A stretch of 64,000 nt of DNA from Octopus vulgaris (GCA_951406725.2 OX597831.1:14136001-14200000); one strand, 5' to 3'. Counted from the stretch's first letter, positions 1 through 15,047 are shown. Program-made: numbers and translations. Notes: generated by a model not told the origin, from the sequence alone.

Positions 1-184
1 ACCTTCATCGTATCTCCCTCCTCCTCCTCCGACAACCATTAATTCCCTTGCCGTTTCACTTACATCGTTTAACTTTTACATCATCTCGCCCACTCACTCA
101 TTCACTCTATCTATCTACCTAGCTCTATATATATATCTTACCTGACTGCCTGTCTGTCTATGTATCTCCCTCTCTCTGTCTCTG

Positions 185-619
<435 letters not shown>

Positions 620-666
<47 letters not shown>

Positions 667-733
667 TATCTTATCTATCTACCTGTTTGTCTGTGTATTC
701 TATCTATCCCTCAATTAATCTATTCCCATTCTG

Positions 734-778
<45 letters not shown>

Positions 779-779
779 T

Positions 780-840
<61 letters not shown>

Positions 841-900
841 GTCACTCTCTCTCTATCTATCTATCTATCTACCTACCTACCTACTTACTGGTCTGTCTGT
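620..900. repeat. (TA)n and (CTAT)n microsatellites
   Basis: Direct inspection. Confidence 0.95.
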
Positions 901-1573
901 CTGTATGCATGTATGTATGTGTCTTACTAGTTCTCGTGTTATCTTCTTTTCCCTTCTTTCCATCTCTCTCTCTCACTCTTCTCTCTCTTCTCACTTTCTT
1001 GCTCTCTTAATTTCCCGATTTCTCTCTTTCTTCCCCTCTCCTTTATCCTTCTCTCTCCCTCTCCCTCTCCCCCTCACGACTTCTCGCCTTTCCCTCCTAC
1101 TTATATCTCTCACCTCCTCCTCACCTCTATACATTTCTTCCCTCTTCATCCTACCCCTCCACCCACACACCATCCATAAATCCATCAGTGTCTGGAACAC
1201 TCCATCACTTATCTTCCACTCAGCTTTCTGATATCCCCGTATAGACGGACGACCCTTTTTTATTCCCCTCCGCCTTCGCTAATACGCCTGCCAACGACAG
1301 CAATGCCATTTACCAACCTCAAACTGTTTGGAAGCCAACGAGAAAGCCTTTGCATTGTAGACCAAGCTGCAAGAAATAGTAGCCTTGTTTAGTCCTCAAT
1401 TTATTATAGGACCGAGAGTGAGAGAGGGTGGAGAAGGCGAGAGAGAAAGAGGGGCGTGGAGAAAGCGGGAGAGGGAGAGAGAGATAGAAAGAAAGAGAGA
1501 GGGAGAGAAGGGATGAGAAAGAGAGAGGTAGCTGGAATGTAAGGGGAAGAAGTGGTGAAAAGAGAAACTTGTA

Positions 1574-1576
<3 letters not shown>

Positions 1577-1618
<42 letters not shown>

Positions 1619-1659
1619 TAGACAGATAGACAGATAGACAGATAGATAGATAGATAGAC

Positions 1660-1715
<56 letters not shown>

Positions 1716-1761
1716 TGATAGATAGATAGATAGATAGATAGATTGCTTGATAGATAGATAG

Positions 1762-1830
<69 letters not shown>
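1577..1830. repeat. (GACA)n/(GATA)n microsatellite
   Basis: Direct inspection. Confidence 0.95.
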
Positions 1831-1831
<1 letters not shown>

Positions 1832-2159
1832 GAGACGAACATATAGACAGACAGAGATATAGCGATATTTTAGTTTTTGTATTTGTTTATTGTTGCGAAG
1901 TTGTGTCTTGAAACAGATTTTTTTATTTCCTTGGTAGGGTCGTTTTTCCTATAGGAATCACACGCACTGCTTCTATTTCACTTCTTTTTATTGTCATTTG
2001 CAAATAGTTAACAAAAAGAGTACGGAGGACGTGTCATTAGTGAGGTTCCGAACGAAAGGTCTCTGGCAAACTCTGACAAATTGATTGATGGTTAATTGAT
2101 TAATTAGTTAACTTTTGATTGATAATAATTTTCAGTAATGAAATAGAAGCAATGCCTGT

Positions 2160-2645
2160 GTTTCTTGTGATCAAAATGGCTATCCTAATATCCGATAGCA
2201 TTGTTATCAATACTATTTGTGTCGGAATAAAAGATAGGATTATCACAATTGGAACGTCTTCGACCATAGTCTTGCCTATGATCAGAACGGAAGACGGTTG
2301 ACTAGATTGCGAACAAGGTACGGTTGCCACAGCTGAGATATCTTTGATTATAGCGTTGCCTATAATCAACGTTGAACAGGGGCAACAAGACTATGCTTGA
2401 ATATAAATCAGGATTGCCGTAAATCGGACATTTTTGACCATAGGCTGAACAAGACTGAGAAAACTGATTGAGTAAAGGGTAAGATTGCTACATCTGCAAC
2501 AATTTTGATCACGGGCTTCACTACGATTACGGTTGAACAGAGTGAACTAAATTGTGGTTGATTAAATGAAAACAGTATTGTCACACGTGGGACATCATAA
2601 GCAGACCTATAATCAGAGCTGAACAGGGCTGATTTGGTTGTGGTG
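2160..2645 (+). repeat. Degenerate ~70-90 bp tandem array
   Basis: Recurring T(C/T)TTGA(C/T)CATAG...CCTAT(A/G)ATCA...TGAACAG(G/A)G units starting near 2257, 2341, 2431, 2502 and 2591. Confidence 0.55.
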
Positions 2646-4232
2646 GGACCAATAAGAATCGGCTGACGGTCTGGGTCTTTTATTTATTCGTTGCTGCAGA
2701 GATCTGCTATAGGACGTGGGCCATTTTTTGTCTTTTTAACTGAAGAACCGCAGTTACGCATTATGAAGTATGCCGACGCATTCTGAAATATCGTCTTCAG
2801 TATGTTGTGTCCTAACTACTGAAAAAACTTCGAAGTCACTGTCTATAATACTAGATTGCATAGACTAATTTAATAACTGTTTTCTTTTATTAAAAGTTAC
2901 AAACTCATAACTAGTTACGTAACAGCTTTCTTATTCCTAGTATAGCTATTGAAAGTTTCTTGGCTCCACGTCGCCGACGTCGTGCAAGGAAGAAGCCTGG
3001 ACGACTACAGCTTGCTATCAGCGTCGTAACAGACGAATTCAGAGCAAATACCGCAAAGTAATTTAAGGTTTTAACCTCGGACGAATATATTATTTCGTTG
3101 AATCCAGATGGCTGAAAGGCGAAAGTGATCTTGAGAAAAATTTGCAGTCAAAATGCAAATAAGCAGAACAATTAGTGCAACACAATTTGGTGGAAGTTAA
3201 TTAACAACAACAAGAACAAAAAAACAACTTTCGGATACATGGATTCGTATACATACGTACAAACATTGACACTCATAAAATTCAGCTTATTTCCTTTACC
3301 TTCCATCTGTTACAAGATAAGAAATGTAAATATGAATAGGTGTTGGATGGTTTCCCGAATAATTAAGCGCAGAAAATACTTTATGCTGTTATGTATAGTA
3401 AAATAACACTGCGTATTCAAACATGGGTTCGCTTAAGTCGCAACTCAGAGTTTCTCGTTCCCGATTTTCAGGCGACTAGCTATCGGGCAATTAAAAGCTT
3501 GTTTATATACAAGTTAATGGGATAGTATTTTGATCTGCTGAGATAAATATTTATCGATTTTATGAACTAAAGCTGTACAATCTCTATTTGGAAGGACGTC
3601 ACACCTAAGCATTCCAAATGAGAATGATTCATTGGATAATGTAATCCTAGCTGCATTGTTTAAAATTAAGTATGGATGGGCATGGCTGAAAATGCTTTTA
3701 TCATAATTGTGTGATCATCTGAGAGATATTTAGCGTGCTGTCAGGACCGGTTATTTCTGCAAATGTCCAAAGTAACAATATATTATAACTAGAGAGAGAA
3801 AGAGAAAGAGAGAGACTCATCAGAGTCGTTGAACCAGCTAGAAATATCAGCCTAGTTCCCCCTTCATGTCACATTCGATGATATAGTCTTTCTGCATTGA
3901 TTATCTGAAAATAAAATATAGTGTCATGGCTGAAACGATTTGGTTATATCTGGCCTGCCTGTGGTTAAACAACAGCACCAACGGCTTCGTTCGATGTTTA
4001 TGCGAGAATTAACTCAAGGAATAGAAAGAAACAAGTAAATGACTAATATTGATTTCCTAAATGACAAGCGAAAGGTATATGGTTCGAATCCGGTTACTGG
4101 GTCTTTATTTTCTTATATATATATTTATTTATTTTATTTTTGGATTTCCTTACAATTCTTTTCTTATTTATATTTGCATATATATGTATGAATGTATGTA
4201 TATGTGCGTATAAAAGTGCATATACTTATAAG

Positions 4233-4400
4233 CAGAGCTGGGTGTAAGTCCGTTAATCCGTTAATTAACATTTTCGTTAACGATTTAACTTTTAAGTTAA
4301 CTTTGAAAATCCTTATCGGACTAATTAACTTCCGTTACATTTAGCTTCCGTTAACTCAAGTCCGTTAATCCCCAAAATTTCATAAAAACCGGTAAACGTT
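4233..4400 (+). mobile_element. hAT-like DNA transposon end with subterminal repeats
   Basis: Starts CAGAGCTGGG followed by many (C)CGTTAA motifs; matching other end not found. Confidence 0.4.
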
Positions 4401-5642
4401 TAAAAATTTCTATTGTTTTCAGATTGTCTTAGCATATTTAATATTATGCGCGTCATTCTTTCAAGCCCGATATAACGTCGTTTGTTATTATAGATAACTT
4501 GTGGGACCGCGTTTGGCCCTGCCTGGATTTGAAACCATTTGCACCCGCTTGTTGCTTGTAAAGACAGCGAGAAATGTCTTTGTCCTGTCAAGAGAGAACA
4601 GTGATTGATGTGTTTCCACCTTATTTGTGACCACGCTGAAGTGGATGTCAACAAGAGAGAATATTGACTTCCATAAAGTGGAAAAAATAAATGGAAGGGA
4701 AAAGTTGGTAAATATTTCGGTGTGAACGCAAATAGCTGTTACGTTGTAGCAGGGCATGCTAGAAATAGCAGCCAAATCTTTCCTTTTCTAGAAAAAGGAG
4801 CCGTCTACGCGTGATTTCGGTGTCACATTCGTTGAAAGTATTCGAAATAACCTGGAAAAGAAAAAAGAGCCACGAAACAAAACTCCCTTGGTGGGAAATT
4901 TCGAGGTCCCCACCACCCCTCCCACCTTTCTTCTCCGGAAAAAAGTGGCTTGCGGCGGGTTTGGAGGTCAGATACGTTGAATGCACCAGAAAAAAAAAGA
5001 GAGAGAGAAACTATTCCACGAAGTATTTACCGAAAGAATAAAATTTTTTACATATAGTGTATTAAAAAAAGCACAATACATCTCAGAGCTAGGCGAAACG
5101 AAATCGACCGAAAAGCGAACAAAAGAACTGTAGATACGTATTTCGCTGTTAATTTCAGCTTATCAACGCCGTGCACTCGAGTCTCTTCTGAAACGAAATC
5201 GGAATCTCTAGTCTGAAGAATGACACGCTGAAAGGAAATGCATAGCCTCTTTTATGCTGCAAGATTGGTTTGGTAGTGGTAAAAAGACGGAGCAAGATTT
5301 TAAGGAAAAATTTTATTTGGGAGAATTGTGCGAGCTGGGTACGCATCGTTTTCTGGTTCAAATACGGACATGATCACGTCGTCAAAACTAATTTTCGCTC
5401 TAGAGGGCAGTATTCGAGAATTTCACTTTTCGTGTTCAGAAAAGCGATCAGATTATGTGAATATTTTAGACCAGTTTTCTTCTCTAACAACCACATTGTT
5501 ACTAATATTCAATGCAATTTTGGTTCTAAACATCAAAACAAGCCGATTGCATACGTGGGCAGGTGTATGTGTACATATATATATGTATATGTATGTATAT
5601 ATATGTACAAATATACACATATATATATATATATGAGTGTGC

Positions 5643-5678
<36 letters not shown>

Positions 5679-5902
5679 GTACATATAAATATACAATATA
5701 TGTGTATATATATACATATATATACATACATTACTGTATGTGTGTGTGTGTGTGTATTAGGTACGAAATTGCGGTTGACCCTCTGGTCGACGTCTGATAA
5801 GGAGCTGGAAACCATCTGTGTCTCTTTCTCATTTATTTATACATTTAACATATTGTTAACTTACTATACATACACACATACATACATACATACATACATA
5901 CA

Positions 5903-5984
<82 letters not shown>

Positions 5985-6253
5985 TATATATATATATGTA
6001 TGTATATATATTTAATCATAGATACACACACGTACAAGTACATACATTCGTTATAATTATTTTATTGATCTCCAAGGAATAATATGACTCTTAAAACTGT
6101 CTCAGTGAATGTAGAGAAAAACCACGCAATTTTATACACATTCGTATCGCATACTCTCTTATGACACCGAACATCGTTGGTATTTGTTTCCATTCACATT
6201 TTATTGTATTCCCTCTAGAACTTAGCTGACGTCATGTGCGTTTAATGGTATTA

Positions 6254-6294
<41 letters not shown>

Positions 6295-6865
6295 CATATG
6301 GAGGGCAGAGGGAAATATGTAAGATAGGCAGGTAGGTAGGTAGATAGGTAGATAGGTAGGTACTTACGTACGTACCTATGTGCACACATGAGTACTTACG
6401 TAAGTGGGTAAGTTTCTAAGTGTTTCATAACCATGAACTCGATACTCGTTACTTTCGCCAGCTGGAGGCACATGAGTTCTCCATAAAACCTTCAGGTTAT
6501 TACGCAAATATTGTTGTTGGTATCGCTCGAGACGCTGGACTTGCCTACAGAACCCCAAGCGCGCTCATGGAGGCGACCCTCTCCCACACATGTAATACCC
6601 AACATGTTTTCTCTCGTGTACCTTGTGCAGCAGTGTGTGGGGTCAGCCAGTAGACTCACTCGGCGTTATAAGTTCTAACATCCAGATGGCCGGGCTGTTG
6701 CAGGACTTGTGGTCGGTGTGGATAGTGACTTAAAGGGTCCCTTGCTGACCTTAGGAGACATTCGGGGATGAGGAAACCCACCGAGCGATGTCTCTTAAAG
6801 TGAAATGGGTCTTAGAGGTGGTCTTATTCGGTCTGAGTTGACTTCTACCATGTATGTTTCATTTT

Positions 6866-7059
6866 ATTTGACTGCGGCCAAGCTGGAGCACCGCCTTTAG
6901 TCGAACAAATCGACCCCAGGACTTCTTCTTTGTAACCCTAGTACTTATTCTATCCGTTTCTTTTGTCGAACCGCTAAGTTACGGGGACGTAAACACACCA
7001 ACATCGGTTGTCAAGTGATGGTGGCGGACAAACACAGACGCACAAATACACACACACAC

Positions 7060-7107
<48 letters not shown>

Positions 7108-7350
7108 GACACAAAGCTTTGGTCGGCCCCCTTCCGGGGGTCGATAAATTAAGTACCAGTTACGCACTGGGGTCGTTGTAATCGACTTAATCCATTTTTC
7201 TGTCCTTGTTTGTCCCTTCTATGTTTAGCCCCTTGTGGGTAATAAAGAAACATATTGTAAAAGACCCTTTCCCAAGGTGCCACGCAGTGGGAGTGAACTC
7301 GGAACCATGTGGTTGGGAACCAAGCTTCTTACCACACAGCTACGCCTGCG
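6866..7350 (-). mobile_element. tRNA-headed SINE family A, interrupted by a family B fragment (~7130-7250, +)
   Basis: Reverse complement of the full copy at 14120-14548. Confidence 0.85.
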
Positions 7351-7434
7351 CCTGTGTGTATAACTTTAACAGCCACAGATACTGTACCTGTCTAATATAA
7401 AAAATAATCACTATTGATATGTGTGTGTGTGTGT

Positions 7435-7815
7435 GTGGTAAAAAGTTTGTTTCCTAACAACACCGGTTCCCGGTTCAGTCCCACTGCGTGGCAGCTTGGT
7501 CAAGTATCTTCAACTATAGCCTCGGGCTGAAAGAAGCCTATCGTGTGTGTGTGTGTGTGTGCGAGTGAGTGAGTGTGTGTGTGTGTGTGTGAGTGCGTGT
7601 GTGTCTGTGTGTTAGTGTCTGGTCTATGTTTGCTCCCACCACTATTTGACAACCGGCGTCGGTGTGTTTACGACCCCGTAACCTAGCGGCTCGAGTTAAA
7701 GACCCCGATAGGACATGTACCAGGCTTAAGCAAAAATGATAAGTACTGAGGTTATCCATTCGACAGAAAATTTCCCCCAAGGCTTTGCCCCAGCATGGCC
7801 GCAGTCTAATGACAC
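7435..7815 (+). mobile_element. SINE family A
   Basis: GTGGTAA...GGTTCAGTCCCACTGCGTGGC head through CCAGCATGGCCGCAGTC tail. Confidence 0.85.
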
Positions 7816-7864
7816 AGGTGAATCATCTGGCCAATGAAATCACACGCACTGATTAACTCATATT

Positions 7865-8096
7865 CTTTTATTCTTTTACTTGTTTCAGTTATTTGACTGC
7901 GGCCATGCTGGAGCAATGTCTCTAATCAAACAAATTGACCCCAGGACGTATTATTTGTAAGCCTAGTATTTATTCTATCGGTCTCTTTTGCCGAACCGCT
8001 AAGTGACGGGGACGTAAACACACCAGCATCGGTTATCGAGCGATGTTGGGGAGACATACACAAACACACAAACACGCATATACATACATACATACA

Positions 8097-8179
<83 letters not shown>

Positions 8180-8285
8180 GACGGGATACTTTCAGTTTCC
8201 GGCTACGGTCATCCCGAGGCTACATAGTAGAAGTGGGACTGAACCCAGAACCATGTAGTTATTAAGCAAGCTACTTACCACATAT
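7865..8285 (-). mobile_element. SINE family A
   Basis: Reverse-complement match to family A; lies tail-to-tail with the previous copy. Confidence 0.85.
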
Positions 8286-8288
8286 CTA

Positions 8289-8454
8289 CCGTATTTTAAC
8301 CCTTTCTTTTTTTTAAAATTAGATTAAAAAATATAGGAGTTTCTTATACATAGATATTATTATAATCCCTTACAAAGCCTTTTTTCCAAATTTCAAGGCC
8401 CAAATATTAGAGGTTCCTTATACAAGAGGTTTCTCTATGCACGTTAAAATACTG
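8289..8454. mobile_element. pogo/Tigger-like MITE
   Basis: TA|CCGTATTTTAAC ... GTTAAAATACTG|TA terminal inverted repeats with TA flanks. Confidence 0.6.
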
Positions 8455-8815
8455 TATATCGTTTACTAATCCATTAATTCTGCATTATCTTGTTCGGTTT
8501 TGGTTCGTCAAAATATTTTTTTAACGCATTTGTAACCTTCTCAAGTGATTCCCGTTCTGCAGCTGATATTATTCTTATGCTGTTTAGCGTTGTTTATGTT
8601 GCCAAGTGTTTGTGTTTTTATTCGCAGTATGACCCTCCTCGAGTGTAACAGTTTCTGCTGCAGCCCACGTTTTCGCATGAAGAAATACTGCAGAGCGAAG
8701 AGAAAATAAAATTTGAAGGTTTATACGTGTGTGTTTGTGTTTGTATGTTTGTACTGGCAAACGATATAAACGCCGTTGTACCGATATGGCTGCATTCATG
8801 TTCATACATACATAC

Positions 8816-8887
<72 letters not shown>

Positions 8888-9424
8888 GCACACACTCAAA
8901 CACACATATATATTTATATACGTACATATATGTATATATGCATCATTTATCTTTTACCTATTTCAATCATTAGACTGCGACCATTCTGGGGCATCGCCTT
9001 GAAGGAATTAGTCGAAAAAAAATCGTAGCTAACTCTAGTGACCTTCCTCTCTCTATTATATACATACGAACGTAGCAGGTAACAGCTAATCTTTGGGCGC
9101 AGTTTTGGAGCTCGTTGTGTCTATCTACCGCTCTGATTGGTTGGTATTGGCGCAATTTGTCTCTTACTCTATCGTGCTCCAATATGCAACCCAGACAATC
9201 GCAGCCTCCAAATAAATCACGTTGGCTATAAAAACCCAACTCCTCCTAGTCACGAGGTCTGTTGGTTCCAGACCTTCTAAGGACTAACCACTGACCACAT
9301 TACAGCGATCTCCATCTTCGTCGCCACCATCATGTCTCTCACCAACGTCGCCAACAACATCTCTACACAGCACCAACACACTGCACAGGTTCTAATCTAT
9401 CGCTGCTCGTGAGTTCCTTGCCAG

Positions 9425-9815
9425 GGTTACGTTCTGAGTTCAAATTCCGCCGAGATTGACTTTACCTTTCATCCTTTCATCGTCGATAAATTAAGTATCA
9501 GTTGCGTACTGGGATCAATCTAATCGACTGGCCCCTCCCCCAAAATTTCGGGTCTTGTGCCCAGAGTAGAAAAGAATAATAATAATTCTTTCCACTCTAG
9601 GGAGACAACTTGAAAGGTCAGTAAGGGACAAGGCCAGCCATTTTGGAGGAGGGGTGAGATAATTACATCAGTTCCACAGGTACTTGCTTTATCGGCCTCA
9701 GAAAGACGAAAGGCGAAGAACACCTTGGTGGAATTCGAACTCAGAACATTAAAGCGAACGAAATGCTGGTAAACATTTTGACCCGGCGTGCTAACGATTC
9801 TGCCAGTTTGTCGCC
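9425..9815. mobile_element. Two SINE family B copies (+ then -)
   Basis: GTTCTGAGTTCAAATTCCGCCGAG...CCTTTCATCCTTTC motif and its reverse complement. Confidence 0.8.
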
Positions 9816-9859
9816 TTTGAATGCCTTAATAAAACTAATACTAATAATAATTATTGAGG

Positions 9860-9991
9860 ACGACGACGGCGATGGTGATGATGATGACGATGGCGATGAT
9901 GATGACAACGATGATGATGACGATCATGACGACGATGATGATGATAATGATGCTGATGATGATGATATCAATGACGATGATGACGATGACA

Positions 9992-10046
<55 letters not shown>

Positions 10047-10052
10047 CGATGA
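9860..10052. repeat. (GAT/GAC)n microsatellite
   Basis: Direct inspection. Confidence 0.95.
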
Positions 10053-10818
10053 TTTCTTTTACTTGCTACCAGAGCGGCGGATAATGAGAGACGATGCAAA
10101 GACAAACACAAAGTGTGAAGACTCGCATAGAACCGAAAGATCTCAAAAGTAACATGAACTTATAAAAGGCATTCAGAAGAATTCCTTGTTTAAGAAGGAA
10201 AAATAATATGAAACGTACGTAATGATGGTAGAAGCCTATAAAAATATTGGTGATGATGTAATCCTTCTAAAATACCTGGTTCATTAGCCAGTTTAGGAGT
10301 CCCACTATCCAAGATCTCTGTGAACCCCTAGAGTAAGTGCCCTCTCGAAAATTTGCTCTCAGACTTAGGCTTATACTTAGAGTGGTGCCATCCACTCTTC
10401 CCATTTTCTTCCATTTTCTTTATTTTCACCCACCATCAAGAAATTCCCTGAAGGTTAACAAAACCCACTCCACCTTTTCAGGTGAAACGTGAAAAGACTC
10501 GATGAGGGTTCCACCAAAGAGGAACGTCTGTGTCATAATACCTTTGAAGCTAGTCCACCACACAACCTTCTTTCGTTAGAGCCACCAGACAGCAGCAGTT
10601 GTTTACAATTATCGAGGTGTTTAGTTGAATTATACACGCAGTGTTGGCTAAAAGCTTGGATCTATCATCTAAAAGTACATTATATCGCAAGTGTATTTAT
10701 ACATATAAAATGGCTGATCGTTAAAACTCTTCACAGAAGTTATCCTATTACATCTGATAACGCTGCTTTACAGAATGCAAGCGGAAATCCTTCGCTTTCC
10801 GTTCCGTAAACCTTCCCC

Positions 10819-10853
<35 letters not shown>

Positions 10854-11159
10854 TGCTACTCTTGAATGTCATTTATAAATTTATTTATTACAGTTAAATG
10901 ATAATAGCCCAAGGGATAGGATGTTGTAAATACGATGGCAGTATCGTGGTTTCGATTCCTGGAGTGGATGGAGAGTGTTGTGTTCTTAAGCAAAGCGCTT
11001 CATCTTACGTTCCTCCCGGTCCTCACAATTGTAAGATGGGTAACCTACGATGGACTGGCATTCCCAACCACTCAGTTGCGGGAACGTAACCAAACCAACA
11101 CTGGCTAAAAATCAGTTGTGGGAAGAAACACAAATAGACAGACAGAGAGACAGACAGAC

Positions 11160-11235
<76 letters not shown>

Positions 11236-11544
11236 TTATGAGCTTCCACACAGTTTCCGTCTACCGGATGAAACTTTCAGGGATGTTTAGCCTCGTGACT
11301 GGCACGAACTGATTAGATTTTGGGGTCATTTCCGGTATGGACAAGGATTCTGGATTATTTTTCCAGGTTTTTTTTCGCTTAATTTTAGAGAACAGTTTCA
11401 TTTTTAGTATTCTCGTTTGGGAGAGCAATCGAGTTTGTTTCAAACGTTCTCATTTTAAAAATCATCTCCGGTTAATCGTTGAGAGGAAGTTGGTGTTGCC
11501 TTGGCACAGGTTGCACTCTCTGAGTGGTCGTGTTTGTTTTTTTT

Positions 11545-11757
11545 TATTCCTTTATTTGTCTCAGTCATTTGACTGCGGCCATGCTAGAGCATCGTCTTTA
11601 GTCGGACAAATCGATCCCAGGACTTATTCTTTGTAAGTTTAGTACTTGTTCTATCGGTGTCTTTTGCCGAAGCGTTAAGTTACGGGGACGTAAACACACC
11701 AGCATCGATTGTCAAGCGATGGTGGTGCAGGGCCAAACACAGGCACAAATATATATA

Positions 11758-11812
<55 letters not shown>

Positions 11813-11975
11813 AAATATACGACGAGCTTCTTTTAGTCACCGTCTACCAAATCCACACAGAAGGCTTTGGTCGGCCCGTGACTACGGCAGAAGACACTTG
11901 CCCAAGGTACCACGCATTGGGATTGAACCTGGAACCATGTGGCTGGTAAGCAAGCTACTTACAACACAGCCTTTC
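11545..11975 (-). mobile_element. SINE family A
   Basis: Reverse-complement match to family A. Confidence 0.85.
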
Positions 11976-12101
11976 AACAAGTTCAATTCTACCAGGTAAG
12001 CATCATAAGGATGTATTTCCATAGCGTTCTAAATATGTGGATTTGGGGAGAGAAAGAGAGAAAGATGCAGACTGACAGACAGAGACAAGGAGAGGGTGGG
12101 A

Positions 12102-12151
<50 letters not shown>

Positions 12152-12542
12152 AAAGAAGACCTTAGAAGGAGCGAAATGATATTCTATGTTAATGTCTGTT
12201 TCATTTTATTTTGCTTTAGTTTGATTTTTTTTTTTTTTTTAGGTATTTTTAAAATTTTACTTTCCGTGTTTATGATATGAAATAAAGGTACGAATCAGGA
12301 TGTGTTTTCGGAAACATAAGATCTATTACATATTAAAGAACAGCATAAGGGAATCTTTATGGTGAATGGTAAGAAAAAAAATTTCTTATATCAATAAAAC
12401 TGATATCGCATATTTAGAAGAAGAAGAAAAAGAAGGCCACATTCCTACCACTATCTCCCTCATCAAGAGAATCTTCAATAAAAGTACCACTTCCTTTTTG
12501 TGGCAGAAGAGAAGAACATTTCGTTGATGTTTCACACATGTA

Positions 12543-13145
12543 AGGCGACGAGCTGGTAGAAACGTTAGCACGCCGGGCGAAATGCTTAGCAGTATTACGT
12601 CTGCCGTTACATTCTGAGTTCAAATTCCGCCGAGATCGACTTTGCCTTTCATCCTTTCGGGGTCGATAAATTAATTACCAGTTATGCACTGGAGTCGATC
12701 TAATCGACTTAATCCCTTTGTCTGTCCTTATTTGTCCCCTCTATGTTTAACCCCTTGTGGGCAATAAAGAAATAAGAAAGGTTTGCACGCCGGGTGATAT
12801 GCTTAGCGGTATTTCGTCTGTCTTTACGTTCTGAGTTGAAATTCCGCCGAATCGATTTTGCCGTTAATCCTTTCGGGGTCGATAAATTAAGTACCAGTTG
12901 CGTACTGGGGTCGATCTAATCGACTGCTCCTCTCCATCAAAATTTCATACCTTGTGCCTAGAGTAGAAAAGAATATTTCACACGTGTAAGGCGGCGAGCT
13001 GGCAAAATCGTTAGCGCCCCGGGCGAAATGCTTAGCCGTATTTCGACTGTCATTACGTTTTGAGTTCAAATTCCGCCATGGTCGACTTTGCTTTTTATCC
13101 TCTCCGGGTCGATAAGATTTGAATCAGTATAGCACTGGGATCAGT
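12543..13145 (+). mobile_element. Three adjacent SINE family B copies
   Basis: AGGCG(A/G)CGAGCTGG head at ~12543 and ~12989; central CCTTTCATCCTTTCGGGGTCGATAAATTAAGTACC-like motif occurs three times (resembles the central domain of MetaSINE-type SINEs; unverified). Confidence 0.85.
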
Positions 13146-13829
13146 GCTATCGTTATGATCCCTTTCATTACCTCTGTGCGTGCGTGTGTACTTATGTGTG
13201 TGTTTGTGAGTGTGTGTGTATGTGTGCTTATGTGAGTGTACGGGGATCGATTCATTCGACCAAAAATTCTTCAAGGCAATGCTCCAGGATGGCTACAATC
13301 CAATGACTGAAACAAATAAAAGATAAAAGTTATATTCGTGTGTGTGTGTGTGTGTGTTTTGTCCTGAATTTGCCTTTAAACAGCTTCTAGTAGTGGGGCC
13401 CTGGTTGGTGAGGTTTTAAGGTTTTGAGGAGTGCTGAAGCACTTCTTAACCACTAGCGTTCCCAAGTCTACTCCAAACCGGAGCAGTAGCACCTGTCAAG
13501 GACCCACATATGGGGTTAAAAAACTTGTTATGGAATTGCCTGTAGAAGAATGCTACTCACAGACCCAGGGCAGATGACAACATTAAGCTCTTTAGCTGCT
13601 CCTCAAAGAGGCTGTAACTCCATACAAAACCTGCTCCCGGATAACTACTGGACCTTCGGCACTCGTTGCGCCAGACCAATGTAAGTTTGAAGGATGAGAA
13701 TGGAACTGGTTTGTACTCGCCATAATTACTATAACAATAAACCCCAGCTACTTTTTGGAATAATTTATAGAAAGTTTGAAAATGGATAAGGCGGTAAACA
13801 ACAACAGAGAACCAGGAAAAAGTATCTTC

Positions 13830-14045
13830 CTAAATTTGGCACAAAGCTAACCGTTTTGAAGGGAGAATGCAAGTCGATTAAATCGACCTCAGTAACTGAG
13901 TTTTACTTTATTTCATCGACCTCAAAACGATGAAAGGTAAAGCTGACGTTGGTTGGATTTGAACTCAGAACTAAAAACTTGGGACGAAACGACGTTAAAT
14001 ATTTTTGTCCGACGCGCTAACGATTCTGCTAGTTCGCCGCCTTTC
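13830..14045 (-). mobile_element. SINE family B (diverged)
   Basis: Reverse-complement match. Confidence 0.7.
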
Positions 14046-14119
14046 ACTGTTCCATGAATGATTGACTCCAAATTTTGGTAGCCTCATTCTTCCATAAATG
14101 ATTGGTTTCGAATCTTGAT

Positions 14120-14283
14120 AGGCGTAGGAGTGGCTGTGTGGTAAGTAACTTGCTTACGAACTACGTGGTTCCGGGTTCAGTCCCACTGCGTGGCACCTTG
14201 GGCAAATGTCTTCTACTATAGCCTCGAGCCGACCAAAGCCTTGTGAGTGGATTTGGTAGACAGAAACTGAAAGAATCCCGTCG

Positions 14284-14316
<33 letters not shown>

Positions 14317-14548
14317 ATGCGTGTGTGTCTGTGCCCCCCCCCCCCCCGCAACATCGCTTGACAACCGATGCTGGTGTGATTACGTCCCCGTAACTTAGCG
14401 GGTTCGGCAAAAAAGAGACCGATAGAATAAGTACTAAGCCTACAAAGAATAAGTCCTGGGGTCGATTTGTTCGAGCAAATGCGGTGCTCCAGCATGGCCA
14501 CAGTCACATGACTGAAACAAGTAAAAGAGTAAAAGAGTAAAAGAGTAA
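14120..14548 (+). mobile_element. Full-length tRNA-headed SINE family A
   Basis: A-box-like TGGCTGTGTGG, B-box-like GGTTCAGTCC, CORE-like CCTTGGGCAA, internal (TA)/(TG) tract and (GTAAAAGA)n tail; possibly one of the described octopus OK/OR SINEs (not verified). Confidence 0.9.
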
Positions 14549-15047
14549 AGATCAGCATCGAATATGTCGACCTCGGAGTTAATCTGGTACTTATTTCTTC
14601 AAACATAAAATAATGAAAGGCAAAGTCGACCTCGGCGAAATTTGAACTCAAAATTTAAACCGTAAGAAGAAATGCCGTTAAGCATTTTGATCGACGCGCC
14701 AACGATTATATCATCTCCCCGCTTTTCATTGCTCCATATATATTATTGGATTGAATTATTTAGTTGTGTTAACAGCCTTGAATCGCTGAGAAACATGGTG
14801 TCAGAAGACGAGTGGGGAATTTTATGGCATACTAATTGTGGATCATCCAATTCCATTCATTAGATTACGATCATCGAATGTGATTTATCGAATATTCATA
14901 AATTGCAACAATTTTATTAGTCATACGAGAGCTTTTATTCTTGATACAGAAATACATAGTTTATTTGCGTTGTAATGTTTACTACAAATATATGTGTGTT
15001 TGTATTTATATATGTGTAAATGTTTATATATATGCGCGTGTGTGTGA

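Noticed and set aside
9070-9431. Solo LTR (also 23911-24170)
   Set aside because: TATA/CCAAT-like motifs or TG..CA-like ends are present, but there is no TSD or second copy, and the 9431 end overlaps a SINE
10495-10535. Degenerate hammerhead-like strings here and at 49490-49535(-)
   Set aside because: Too many core mismatches to distinguish from chance
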